Assembly: GCA_043228905.1 (NCBI GenBank)
Contig: JBHGNT010000010.1
Span: 9,486,001 to 9,550,000, forward strand
DNA length: 64,000 bases
From: Azolla caroliniana
Taxonomy: Eukaryota > Plantae > Polypodiophyta
Reading direction: 5' to 3'
Below, piece after piece: positions 10,936-22,301 of this stretch. The notes under the pieces are model-generated. The model was not told where the DNA came from. It saw nothing but the letters and a program-made list of their open reading frames with translations, and did no database searches. The position numbers and the translations under genes are program-made. Each line of letters starts with the position of its first letter. Within the stretch, counting starts at the first letter, position 1.

Positions 10936-13704
10936 GCAAAATTACCCAAGACGTTTTGCGCTGAGGCGCTGTCGACAGCGACGTATGTGATAAACAGATC
11001 ACCCTCAGTGCCCTTGGATAGAGACACGCCGCAGAAGGTGTGGACCGGTAAGGATGTGTCCTACTGGCATCTGAAGGTGTTCGGGTGTCTCGCATACGTG
11101 CATGTTGCTAAGGACCGGAGAGGAAAGTTCGATCCAAAGACCCGGCCATGCATATTCCTCGGATACGGCGATGATGAGTTCGGCTACCGAGTGTGGGATC
11201 CGGTTGACAAGAAGGCTTTCCGGAGTCGAGATATTATCTTCATGGAGGACAAGACTCTTGCCGACTGGAAGTTGGAGAAGAAGATAATGAACTCCGATAA
11301 GATTCGGACACACCCGGCTAAGAGCCGGTTGACACTCGAGGAACCAGCCGGTTACGGTGAGGATACCGAACCGGCAGAAGAAGAAGTAGAGGAAGCTGAA
11401 ATCGGAACCGGCCAAGATCCCGAATCGGATTCGGATTAAGAACAAATAGAGGAGCCGGTTGCCAAAAGCCAAAGACGGAGATATCTTCTCAGAGAGAGAA
11501 GGGCCCCCCGGAGATTTCCGGATGCAGAGCATGTGCTGTTGACCGATGAGGGAGAGTCGGAAAGCTTCGAAGAAGCGAAGGATGACACCCACAGTCGCAA
11601 ATGGTTAAGTGCCATGCAGGATGAGATGGATTCCCTACATGACAACCATACGTACAAATTGGTGGAGTTGCCGAAAGGAAAGCGAGCACTCCGAAACAAG
11701 TGGGTGTACAAGTTGAAACCGGGAGATGTCGGCAACCCCCGAGATACAAAGCCAGGATCGTGGTGAAGGGGTTCCAACATAAGAAGGGCGTGGACTTCGA
11801 CGAGATATTTGCCCCGGTAGTAAAGATGACCTCCATCCGGACGGTGCTAAGTATAGCGGCAAGCATGGACCTCGAGGTAGACTAGCTGGACGTGAAGACG
11901 ACATTCCTTCACGATGACCTCGAAGAGGAGATCTACATGCAGCAACCTGGAAGGATACGCGGAGAAAGGGAAGGAGCACTTGGTTTGTCGGTTGAAGAAG
12001 AGCCTGTACGGACTGAAGCAAGCTCCCCGACAATGGTACCGGAAGTTCGACTCCTTCATGACCGATCAAGGGTACCACAAGACGCAGGCCGATCACTGTG
12101 TGTTTGTGAAGAAGTTCGAAGGAGGCAACTTCCTGATACTCCTTTTGTACGTGGACGACATGTTGATCGTCGGACGGGACCAAGACAAAATACGGATGCT
12201 GAAGAAGGCTCTCAACCAAACTTTCGCAATGAAAGACTTGGGTCCGGCAAGACAGATGTTGGGGATGCATATCATCCGGGACCGGCCAACGAAGCAATTG
12301 TGGTTATCACATGAGAAATACGTGACAAAGGTGCTTCAACGATTCAACATGCTAGAAGCAAAACCGGTCGGATCGACACTCCCGGCAAACTGCAACCTAT
12401 CCAGTAAGCAAAGCCCGAAGACGAAAGCAAAGAAGGCTGATATGATGAAGGTTCCATATGCCTCTGCCATCGGGAGCTTGATGTACGCAATGGTGTGTAC
12501 TCGACCAGATATTCGATACGCAGTCGGAGTGGTGAGCCGGTTTATGGGCAATCCTGGTAAGGTGCACTGGAACGCGGTCAAATGGATACTCCGGTACCTG
12601 AAGTGCACTTTGAATATGTGTCTCCGATTCGGACATGTCAGCTGATGTGGATACCAGCCGGTCTACATCCGGGTATGTAATGACATATGTAGGGGGAGCT
12701 GTTTCATGGCAGTCGAGGTTGCAGAAGACGGTTGCGTTGTCAACCACGGAGGCGGAGTACATGTCGGCTGTGGAAGCCGGCAAGGAAATATTATGGATGA
12801 AGGACTTCATCGGAGAGCTCGATATCCGGCAAGATTAATACCGACTCTATTGCGATAATCAAGGTGCCATCCACCTTGCTAAGAACGCAGCGTACCATTC
12901 CAGGACGAAGCACATCCAGCGTAGGTATCACTGGATCCGGGAGCGAGTAAAAGATTGAGAGTTCGCGTTGACGAAGATCCACACGGCTGAGAACGGGTCA
13001 GATATGTTGACCAAAGTACTGATACCCGACAAGCTGGATGCATGTCGGAAGCGGATCGGACTAGTAAGACATCCCATGCCAGAGTGAAGGGGGTGTTTGT
13101 TATGAAACAGGTCCCTCTGGATGGGAAGTGAAAAGAACACTGTTGATGAGCAAACCGGATGTCGAGTACCTGGCAACGGAAGACCTGGTGAGAACCGGAT
13201 GATGAGTACCCGGCAAGAGCTAGATGGTGTAGGCCCGGTGAGAAGTGCTCACCGGATGAAGGGACATATTCGTAAATATGTTTTCTAAGAGTCCATCGGG
13301 GCTATATTTGTAAATAGCTGAAAAGTCATATTAGTATAAATATGACTTAGGGCAAACTAAGTGTAGTTGTCATTCTTGTTGGTGCAAGATTTGAGTGCGT
13401 AACTGTGTACAGAGAGAGAGAGAGAGAGGAAGAGGTCGTTCGTTGCCTCTATTGTAACCGTCGCCTGTGGTGAAGATAGCAAGCTCGAGGTCGTTGCCTC
13501 GGTGCTTTCCTATTGTACATTTTGATATAGTGATAGTTTGCAGTCTGTGGGCTACCGTGGTTTTTCCCTAGTTTGGGTTTTCCACGTTAACATCCTGTGT
13601 ACTCTTCTCTTCACTATGTCGTGCGTTCATTACCCGTTTTCTATGTTTGATCCTAGGCTTGGTTGTGGCCGAGCATTGTTCATCGGGAGCGTGTATTCCT
13701 ATCA
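10936..13704 (+). mobile_element. Tork/Tnt1-like copia 3' half (integrase C-terminus, RT, RNase H, PPT, 3' LTR)
   Basis: AKLPKTFCAEA, HLKVFG, SLYGLKQ, LLLYVDD and STSGY motifs. PPT ~13085-13097. LTR 13098-13704 (TG...CA) is homologous to 6224-6876. Short deletion near 12630 between CCGATTC microhomologies. Confidence 0.92.
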
Positions 13705-16206
13705 TTGCCCATTCTGTTTTGTTGATGATCTTTAGTTAATTAATATAGCACTCTTCAGTGCATAAGCTGTCATCCCCCTACTGTGTATTTTCTTATTATT
13801 ACTTGGTTATTCTCTCTGATTTCTTCTCTTGCTTATTCACCCACTCTCACACAAACACCCTATGCTTCTAAATACTCAACTCTACGATTCTTTACATGGT
13901 ATCGGAGCGTGAGGGTTAGAGACCCTTCACTGAGCTCTACCATTGAAACTGTGTGAGCAGCTAGAGACATTGTTTCAAACCAGCTATCATCGGTGTAGTG
14001 TTGCATGGCAAGAGGCTCACGTTAAAAGGAGCATATGAATCAAGCAAAATCAGAGAGATGAATGCACAAATGGGTGTGCACTTCCAACAGAGAAGTTGGA
14101 CAGGCACAACTACGCATCTTGGGAATATAAGATGCAACAATACTTAGTTGGGCAAGGGTATTGGAGTTATATCGAGGGAGCTTAGGAAACAACCCCCGAT
14201 ATTACAAGTCCCAACTACCCCACATGGCAGCAATGGGCTAGTAGGGTAATGTATTGTTTGGCAACATGTGTGCGAGATCACATGTTAAGCTATATTCGAG
14301 ATGTGAAAGCCCCAACAGAAGCGTGGAAAAACTTGAAGAAGATTTTCACGGCTTCAACTATAGCGGGAGAACTTCAACTCCGGCAGGAATTGAACAATAT
14401 TCGGTAGGGGGATATGTTTGTGACGGACTATACCCTCTGGATCAAAGACTTATGCGATTCACTTGGCTCCATCAATGTCACAGTTGATGATGACGAGATG
14501 GTGCATATCTGTCTTGGCGGCCTTGCACAAAAATATGGCTCATTTCAAACTGCCATAACAAGGGAGAACCCCCTAAGCTTTTTCGACTTGCAATCCATGT
14601 TAATGGTTGAGGAGAACCATACATGGTCGAAAAGCATAACATCTAATGGGCAGATGCTATATACACATGATGATCTCAGTCGAGGTCACGGTCGTGGTCA
14701 TGGAAATCGGGGGAGGAATGGCCGAGGAAGAGGTGGACGACGTCCACAACAGTTTAATTCCAAGCAGCAAGAAGGTCGAAACAGCCGAGGGAATTCCGGC
14801 AAAAAGGGGAGCTTCCACCAACCTGCATCAACCAGGCAGAACCAACAATTTGAGTGTTGGTATTGTGGAAAGTTTGGCCACTTTGAAGCCGAGTGTCGGA
14901 AGAAGAAGAATGACTCGGCTGCCTCACACCGGCAATAAACAAACTATGTTGTGATGGCTGACCTAGAAAACAAAGGGCCAATGTTTGTTATGTGACACCG
15001 AGCGAATAACATGATAACAAGTGTTTCCCAACTTGATGATGTCTGGTTCGTGGACTCAGGTGCCTCAAATCACATGACAAGTCATCAAGAATGGTTCATG
15101 AATTTGAGGGAACCCGAGAGACCCGGCCTGGTGGAGACCGGTGATGACTCCACACACATGATTGAGCACATCGGAAATGTGGCCCTTAACAATCACGACA
15201 ACAAGGGCTACATGAAGGATGTACTACATGTCTCGACAATCACAAAGAATTTGGTCTCGGTTGGCCAAATTGTCGAGCAAGGAATGCAAGTACGATTCAA
15301 CCAGGAAGGTTGCTTCATCGAGGATAAGGGCCAACTTATCGCTCATGCAAGAAGAGAAGGTTGCATGTTTATTCTTGATGTGACCGAGGTGAACACAACA
15401 ATGTATGCAAAGGGACTCAAGGTTGATTCTGATATTGAGTTGTGGCACAAAAGGGTTGGCCATGTAAACCTTGGTAAACTCCGATCAATGCAAACAAAAG
15501 GGGTTGTGCACGGATTGCCACAATTTACTTCGAAACATCCTGATAATGTATTTGAGGCGTGCCAACTAGGAAAGCAACATAGGCATCTGTGAAAGTGTTT
15601 TTAGAATCTAAGCCATTGAACATTAGGAGAATATAAAGTATAGATAATTCACCTTTTGAGGATAAGAACACGAACTAAGACCTTAGGGAAGAAGTCAAAA
15701 GTAAAAGTACGAGACCAAGAGAAAAGTAAAAAGAGAAAACGCAGACTATAAAAAACAGTAAAAATAGAATGGTCATAACTCCCTCGTTGTTTATCCAAAT
15801 ATCACGTTTAAATATGGATTAGAAAGCTTGTAAAAAGAGCTTTCTATAGCTTTTTAAATCGCTTAATTTGGATATCGGATGAGGGAGATATGACGATTAG
15901 AAGGTTGATGTGTCATAGCTAAAAATAGGGAGATAAAAAGCTTCCAAAAATAGCATGAACGTGGATAAGAAGAGGAAGGTTATAAAAGAAGAAGTAATAT
16001 TAGTGAGAAGGGGGAAGAGTGAAGGCCAAAGAGTGGATGAGGAGTGTTAGGAAGAAGTGTCTTTGTGGAAGAGGATGTGTCTTAGAAGAGGAAGGTCTTT
16101 GGTTTTAGTTCAATGTGGAGTTTGTCTCCTTTGTATTCTCTTGATGTTGGAATATCAGAACATTCTTATTTCTTGCTCGCTTTCTCTATCTTTTTTCTTA
16201 GTTTCT

Positions 16207-17962
16207 TGAGTTATATTCTCTAATCATAATTACCTAGAGCTATATAATATATTATGATTTTCAACTCCATCTAATCGGTTTGGTCAAGCCCTCATATAGT
16301 GTATAACTATCTATTATCTTATACATCCTATCATTTTGGCGCTCCAGGGAGGGCGGATCCTTTCCGTATAGGAGGGAGAAATTACCATTTAATTGTGTTA
16401 CTATATTACATTAACTTAGCTATGCAATTTGCATTTTCAGGTGAAAGAACACAAGATGCGGGTGCCTTTTTGGCATCTTTTGAGCATCATGCTGTCTCTA
16501 TTGGACGCATCACCGACAATGAGAAGTTACCTTTATTAGTAGCTACATTCTATGGTCGAGCTCGAGATTGGTATGACTCTCTTCCTCCAAACCAACAGGG
16601 AGCATATCAATTGTTGGTGCACCAGTTTCGTGCCAAATATATTCAACGACGAAGTGCAACCGAAGTAAGGGAAGAGCTATTTCGACTAAAGATGGAATCA
16701 CCAATTGGTTTCACTAAGTATGAAAGAAATTTCAAGGATTTGTGGACTACATGGATTCGTCTTCGTGGCGGCACTGAAGACGAGTGGTAATAGTGAGTTA
16801 TATTCTCTAATCATAATTACCTAGAGCTATATAATATATTATGATTTTCAACTCCATCTAATCGGTTTGGTCAAGCCCTCATATAGTGTATAACTATCTA
16901 TTATCTTATACATCCTATCATTTTGGCGCTCCAGGGAGGGCGGATCCTTTCCGTATAGGAGGGAGAAATTACCATTTAATTGTGTTACTATATTACATTA
17001 ACTTAGCTATGCAATTTGCATTTTCAGGTGAAAGAACACAAGATGCGGGTGCCTTTTTGGCATCTTTTGAGCATCATGCTGTCTCTATTGGACGCATCAC
17101 CGACAATGAGAAGTTACCTTTATTAGTAGCTACATTCTATGGTCGAGCTCGAGATTGGTATGACTCTCTTCCTCCAAACCAACAGGGAGCATATCAATTG
17201 TTGGTGCACCAGTTTCGTGCCAAATATATTCAACGACGAAGTGCAACCGAAGTAAGGGAAGAGCTATTTCGACTAAAGATGGAATCACCAATTGGTTTCA
17301 CTGAGTATGAAAGAAATTTCAAGGATTTGTGGACTACATGGATTCGTCTTCGTGGCGGCACTGAAGACGAGTGGTAATAGTGAGTTATATTCTCTAATCA
17401 TAATTACCTAGAGCTATATAATATATTATGATTTTCAACTCCATCTAATCGGTTTGGTCAAGCCCTCATATAGTGTATAACTATCTATTATCTTATACAT
17501 CCTATCATTTTGGCGCTCCAGGGAGGGCGGATCCTTTCCGTATAGGAGGGAGAAATTACCATTTAATTGTGTTACTATATTACATTAACTTAGCTATGCA
17601 ATTTGCATTTTCAGGTGAAAGAACACAAGATGCGGGTGCCTTTTTGGCATCTTTTGAGCATCATGCTGTCTCTATTGGACGCATCACCGACAATGAGAAG
17701 TTACCTTTATTAGTAGCTACATTCTATGGTCGAGCTCGAGATTGGTATGACTCTCTTCCTCCAAACCAACAGGGAGCATATCAATTGTTGGTGCACCAGT
17801 TTCGTGCCAAATATATTCAACAACGAAGTGCAACCGAAGTAAGGGAAGAGCTATTTCGACTAAAGATGGAATCACCAATTGGTTTCACTGAGTATGAAAG
17901 AAATTTCAAGGATTTGTGGACTACATGGATTCGTCTTCGTGGCGGCACTGAAGACGAGTGGT
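16207..17962 (+). repeat. Three tandem 587-bp units comprising LTR U5 end + PBS + gag 5' end
   Basis: Units start at 16207, 16794 and 17381. Both junctions read GAGTGGT-AATAG-TGAGTTA. Two distinguishing SNPs seen among the units. Confidence 0.96.
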
Positions 17963-20481
17963 TTAAAATGGAACGATTCAAGATGGGTCTTGATATGTAT
18001 TTCCGTTTGGAAGCAAACTTGAAGGATCCCACATCGTTTCAAGCTCTTATCCAAGTTTGTCAAGCTTATGATCGACAAGTGAAGATGATGAGCTCCTTGG
18101 GGGATCCCCAAATGACGGCTTTGGGTGCAAATTTGATGCCTCGTGCCAACTTTCAAGCCTCATCTTCAATTGTGCATGGGGGACAAGTGTTTCCAAATGT
18201 GTATACCACCACAACAATAAACCCAACAAGTATATCCCAAGAAGTTGAACAAGTGAGGAGTGAACAAGATACCATGGCATTGGTAAATCGGCGCTTTGAT
18301 GAAGTGATGACCCACTTGCGACAATCCCAAGCAATTCACAACACTATTCCCGATAGTGGTGGCTCTAGAGGGCATCACGGTGTAATTTGTTATTCTTGTC
18401 AAGAGGAGGGACACATCTCAACAAGATGTCCTCATCGACAACAAAGAGGCATGGGAAGAGGCATTTATCACGTGCAAAGGAATGGACAACGACCTAACAA
18501 CAATGAAGTCGAAGGAAACGTAACACTCCCTATGGCTCAGGTTCCTACAATTCCTCATAATGCGAATCTTCTTAATTTTATTGATGATAGTGATAATTCT
18601 TTTGAAGTAGCTCCTGTGAAAAGGACAAGGTCCTCGCAAAAGGAGAAAGAAGTTGAAGGAGAATCTAGTGCCTCAAGACAAAAGAAGAAGTCTAAGGAGA
18701 ATGAGAAAGAGGAAAAATTGAGAAGGAGACACTCTAGAAGAAAGATCAAGATGGAGGACATTCCTATGGGTGAAGGTGTAGAAGCTTTCAATTTGAAGCA
18801 TGAGTTGATTTCAAGTGGACCAAGGATAACATGGCCGCAACTTCTCCAATTATCTCCCACATTACGAAAGGAGTGGGGGCGACTTGCAAGTATTCGCCAA
18901 AGTCGGAAGACTGTGCATTATGTGGGAATCGTGCGAGTAGAAGATCGAAAGGACATACGACCCACCATCCCCGTCTCCATCAAAGGGTTTCACATCAAAG
19001 ATGCGTTGGTTGATAGTGGTGCTAGAGTAAGCTTGATTTCTGAATTTGTGGTAAACAAAGTGGGAATTCCTATAAGTAGGTCATCTTCGGCAAGAGTGGC
19101 TGTAGCCGATGGTGGAGTGGTCCATTGCATTGGCATAGTGGAGGATGTTGTCATCAAGTGTTTTGGGGTAAGCATTTCCATGGATTTTCATGTAATACCA
19201 CTAAAAGGACCGTCATATTCTTTGGTACTAGGACGACCATGGATGCAAGAACTCAATGTTGTCCAAGATTGGAGCAAAGGTTTGATGACCATAACGCCAT
19301 CAAAAGGAGTGAGCATACATTATGATATGCGGCAACAAAGACTTATTGAGAAAGAAGAAGATGGAATAACTGAATATGATAGTGGGTCCGCATATGAAAG
19401 TGATGAAAGTGAAGATTCCTCGTCAGAATGGGAAATGACCACATCATATGCCGTTTTGAAGGAAGAAGATGATGAAGGAGGTTTAATTACTATGGAGCAA
19501 AAAGAGAAGATGATTTCTAAAGATCTTAAAGGGCAAGAGAGGCAACAATTTATTAATTTGATTTCTGAATTTCCTAACCTTTTCATTAGTGATTATGCTC
19601 ATATTAGGGGTGTAGATGTCATCCAACATCACATAAATCTAAAGGAGGGTACAACTCCCGTTGCGCAAAAGTTGCGAAGGCTAGGTCACGTGCAAAAGGA
19701 GGCCTTATTAAAGGAAGTCAAAGCTTTGTTGCGTGCACAATTCATTTACCCAGTGGAAGATTCTGAATGGGTTTCGCCCATTGTGGTGGTACCTAAAAAG
19801 AATGGAAAATGGAGGGTTTGTGTTGATTACAAACCTCTAAATGCGGCTACCAAGAGGGATCACTTTCCTCTCCCTTTCCAAGATGAAATATTAGATGAAA
19901 TTGCGGGTCATGAAATGTACTCTGTTTGTGATGGCTATTCAGGTTATTTTCAAATTCGTATTGCGGAAGAGGATCAAAAGAAGACGACATTCATCACTCC
20001 ATGGGGATGCTTTGCATATCGATGCATGCCCTTTGGACTCACAAATGCTGTTTTTACATTTAATCGTCTTGCTATTCATGTATTCCAACCATTCTTTGGA
20101 AAGTTTGTTAGAGTCTTTATGGATGACTTTGCAATTTATAGTAGCAGGAAAGACCATTTGGAAAAGGTTCGCTTGGCATTCAAAAGATTGGAGGAATGCA
20201 AAATGCAACTCAACCCAGAGAAGTGTCACATAGGTGAAAAGGAGGTGGTGATGCTTGGTCATGTGGTGTCTCAAGAAGGAATCAAAGTGGATAGCTCAAA
20301 GATTGAAGCAATTCAAAAGATGACAACACCCACGAGTATCAAAGATTTGGAGCACGAATTGCTAAATGGGCTCTACTATTGGCGGAGTTTGATTTTGAAG
20401 TCAAATTGGAATCAACTATGCGTGCCGAATTGGCGGATCTTCTCACCTTTAGAGAAACCTTTCATGAAGAAGACTTGGTAA
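17596..20481 (+). CDS. Gypsy Gag-protease-RT polyprotein, truncated after the RT palm by a deletion/frameshift
   Basis: ATG at 17596 (MQFAFSG). Zinc knuckle CYSCQEEGHISTRC, protease LVDSGA, RT motifs SEWVSPIVVVPKK, DHFPLPF, MPFGL and FMDD. Homology ends at TPTSIKDL (~20349). Confidence 0.9.
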   Translation: MQFAFSGERTQDAGAFLASFEHHAVSIGRITDNEKLPLLVATFYGRARDWYDSLPPNQQGAYQLLVHQFRAKYIQQRSATEVREELFRLKMESPIGFTEYERNFKDLWTTWIRLRGGTEDEWFKMERFKMGLDMYFRLEANLKDPTSFQALIQVCQAYDRQVKMMSSLGDPQMTALGANLMPRANFQASSSIVHGGQVFPNVYTTTTINPTSISQEVEQVRSEQDTMALVNRRFDEVMTHLRQSQAIHNTIPDSGGSRGHHGVICYSCQEEGHISTRCPHRQQRGMGRGIYHVQRNGQRPNNNEVEGNVTLPMAQVPTIPHNANLLNFIDDSDNSFEVAPVKRTRSSQKEKEVEGESSASRQKKKSKENEKEEKLRRRHSRRKIKMEDIPMGEGVEAFNLKHELISSGPRITWPQLLQLSPTLRKEWGRLASIRQSRKTVHYVGIVRVEDRKDIRPTIPVSIKGFHIKDALVDSGARVSLISEFVVNKVGIPISRSSSARVAVADGGVVHCIGIVEDVVIKCFGVSISMDFHVIPLKGPSYSLVLGRPWMQELNVVQDWSKGLMTITPSKGVSIHYDMRQQRLIEKEEDGITEYDSGSAYESDESEDSSSEWEMTTSYAVLKEEDDEGGLITMEQKEKMISKDLKGQERQQFINLISEFPNLFISDYAHIRGVDVIQHHINLKEGTTPVAQKLRRLGHVQKEALLKEVKALLRAQFIYPVEDSEWVSPIVVVPKKNGKWRVCVDYKPLNAATKRDHFPLPFQDEILDEIAGHEMYSVCDGYSGYFQIRIAEEDQKKTTFITPWGCFAYRCMPFGLTNAVFTFNRLAIHVFQPFFGKFVRVFMDDFAIYSSRKDHLEKVRLAFKRLEECKMQLNPEKCHIGEKEVVMLGHVVSQEGIKVDSSKIEAIQKMTTPTSIKDLEHELLNGLYYWRSLILKSNWNQLCVPNWRIFSPLEKPFMKKTW

Positions 20482-22301
20482 AGCTACGAAAGGCACTTCC
20501 CGAGCCGGATATGGAGGATGCATTCACCTTATTCTTTGATGGGGCATTTCGCAAAGCCACAAACATAGCCGTGGGTGGGATTATTCTCAAGGATCCTCAA
20601 GGAGACAGAGTAAAAAGTGAAGGTATTACATTAAGTGGTGTGAATTCAAATAATGAAGCGGAGTATGCTACCTTGTGTTATGGTCTTCGTCTATGTAAAG
20701 CTATGAAGATAAAAAGATTAATTCTTAAGGGTGATTCCTTATTGGTAATTAAACAAATTCAAGGCAATTGGAAATGTCAAAGTGATGGGCTTAGAAATTT
20801 TTATAAAGAAGCAATGAGTCTACTAAGGTCTTTTGAAAAGATACAGGTTAAGCATGTGGGGAGATTATACAATAAAGAAGCGGATGCATTAGCTCAAGCC
20901 CAATTAGATAAGATCAAGGAAGGTTTCGTTGGTGTTTTGGAGACGTGCAAAGATGTAGACTCCCTAGAGGAAGTACATAATTTTCTTAATAAAGGAGAGT
21001 TTCCAAATAACCTCAATGCTTTGCAAAGAAAGCGTTTGGTGGCAAAGGCTTCACAATATCATTTGGTGGGTGAAGATTTGTACAACAAAGGGAAAGATGG
21101 AGTTTTACGAAGAGTTCCTAACAAAAGCGAGATTATAAAGATACTCTTTATGTTGCATGAAGAAGTTTGTGGTGGGCATTTAGCCCATGATATAATGATA
21201 AGAAAGATTTTACTAATTGGTTTTACATGGCCTACTATCCATAGGGATGTGCATGTTTGGTGTAGATCTTGTGATGCATGTCAAAAAGCGGGAATAAGAC
21301 ATCTACAAAGTGGACCTTTACAACCCATTGTGGTGTTTGCTCCATTCGAGAAATGGGGAATTGATGCAGTAGGACCTCTTCCGAAAACTCAACATGGTAA
21401 AGAGTTTATTTTGGTGGCCATTGACTACATGACAAAGTGGGTGGAAGCTATAGCAACTTCCTCGATTAAAGCCAAAGATGTAGCCCAATTTGTGTATAAG
21501 AATATTTGTACTAGATTTGGAGTTCCCATGGAGATTGTATCCGATCATGGACCCGGTTTTAGGAGTGAAATGTTAGCTTGTCTATTAAGCAAGTTGAAGA
21601 TTAAGCATCGATATTCAACGCCTTATTATCCTCAAGCAAATGGTGCAGTTGAGAAAGTGAATGGGCTTATAGTGAAGAATTTGACAAAGTTAGTGCAAGA
21701 CAAAGTAAGAACATGGGATAGGTATTTGGATGATACTCTTTGGGCTTATAGAGTTTCTTATAAATCCTCCACAGGTTTTACTCCTTTTTATTTGGTTTAT
21801 GGAAAAGAAGCGTTACTTCCGATCGAACTTGAGATCAAAAGTAATAGACTAATGGAGGCATCGCATCGCTCAAAAGGAAATGATGTGATGAGTCGTTTAG
21901 CGAGCAACCATCTACTACAATATTCAAGAGAAGAAGCTGTGGAGCATTACTTAAATCAAGCAATGAAGAGAAAGGAGGCATATGACAAAAAACACAAGGG
22001 CAACCACATTGAAGAAGGATCATTGGTTCTTAGGTATGATAATAGATATGATTATATTCAAGGACAAAAGCTTGATAATAAGTGGGAAGGACCCTTTGTG
22101 GTTCACAAAAAGTATGACAACGGAAGTTACCAATTGAAAGATGTGGATGGAGCACTTCATTCTTATCGAGTGAACGGATGGCGCCTTAAAAAGTATGTAA
22201 CTCGGGGACCTACTTATATTCCCCAAGTTACTAATGATATTGTTGATACGGATGGATGGGAGCAAGAAGTGGACTTGTTTCCCCATACATTATTTTCTTA
22301 A
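20350..22301 (+). CDS. Remainder of gypsy pol: RNase H C-terminal tail, archaeal-type RNase HI (aRH), integrase
   Basis: GARIAKWALLLAEFDF (native RNase H tail). aRH motifs FFDGA, NNEAEY, GDSLLVI and NKEADALA. Integrase HEEVCGGH...CDAC, WGIDAVGP, SDHG, PQANGAVE and WEGPF. No native start codon; out of frame with the upstream ORF. Confidence 0.9.

Larger units (their letters stand above)
6224..10937 (-). mobile_element. Tork/Tnt1-like copia 3' half (end of RT, RNase H, PPT, 3' LTR), split by family A copy 2
   Basis: LTR 6224-6876. PPT (minus AAGGGGGAGTT) at 6877-6887. RNase H motifs GFTDSD and STSGY...VSWQSRLQ in ORF 10606-10875; NGLDMLTK near 6950-6990. Confidence 0.9.

Noticed and set aside
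6219-13709. A single transposon with inverted LTRs (DIRS-like or foldback)
   Set aside because: Flanks do not form a TSD, the LTRs are diverged from each other, and both halves are ordinary copia 3' ends.
16299-16421. N-terminal extension MYNYLLSY... given in the ORF track for the gypsy gag
   Set aside because: It starts at a GTG inside the LTR and crosses the PBS; ATG 16422/17009/17596 is the plausible start.
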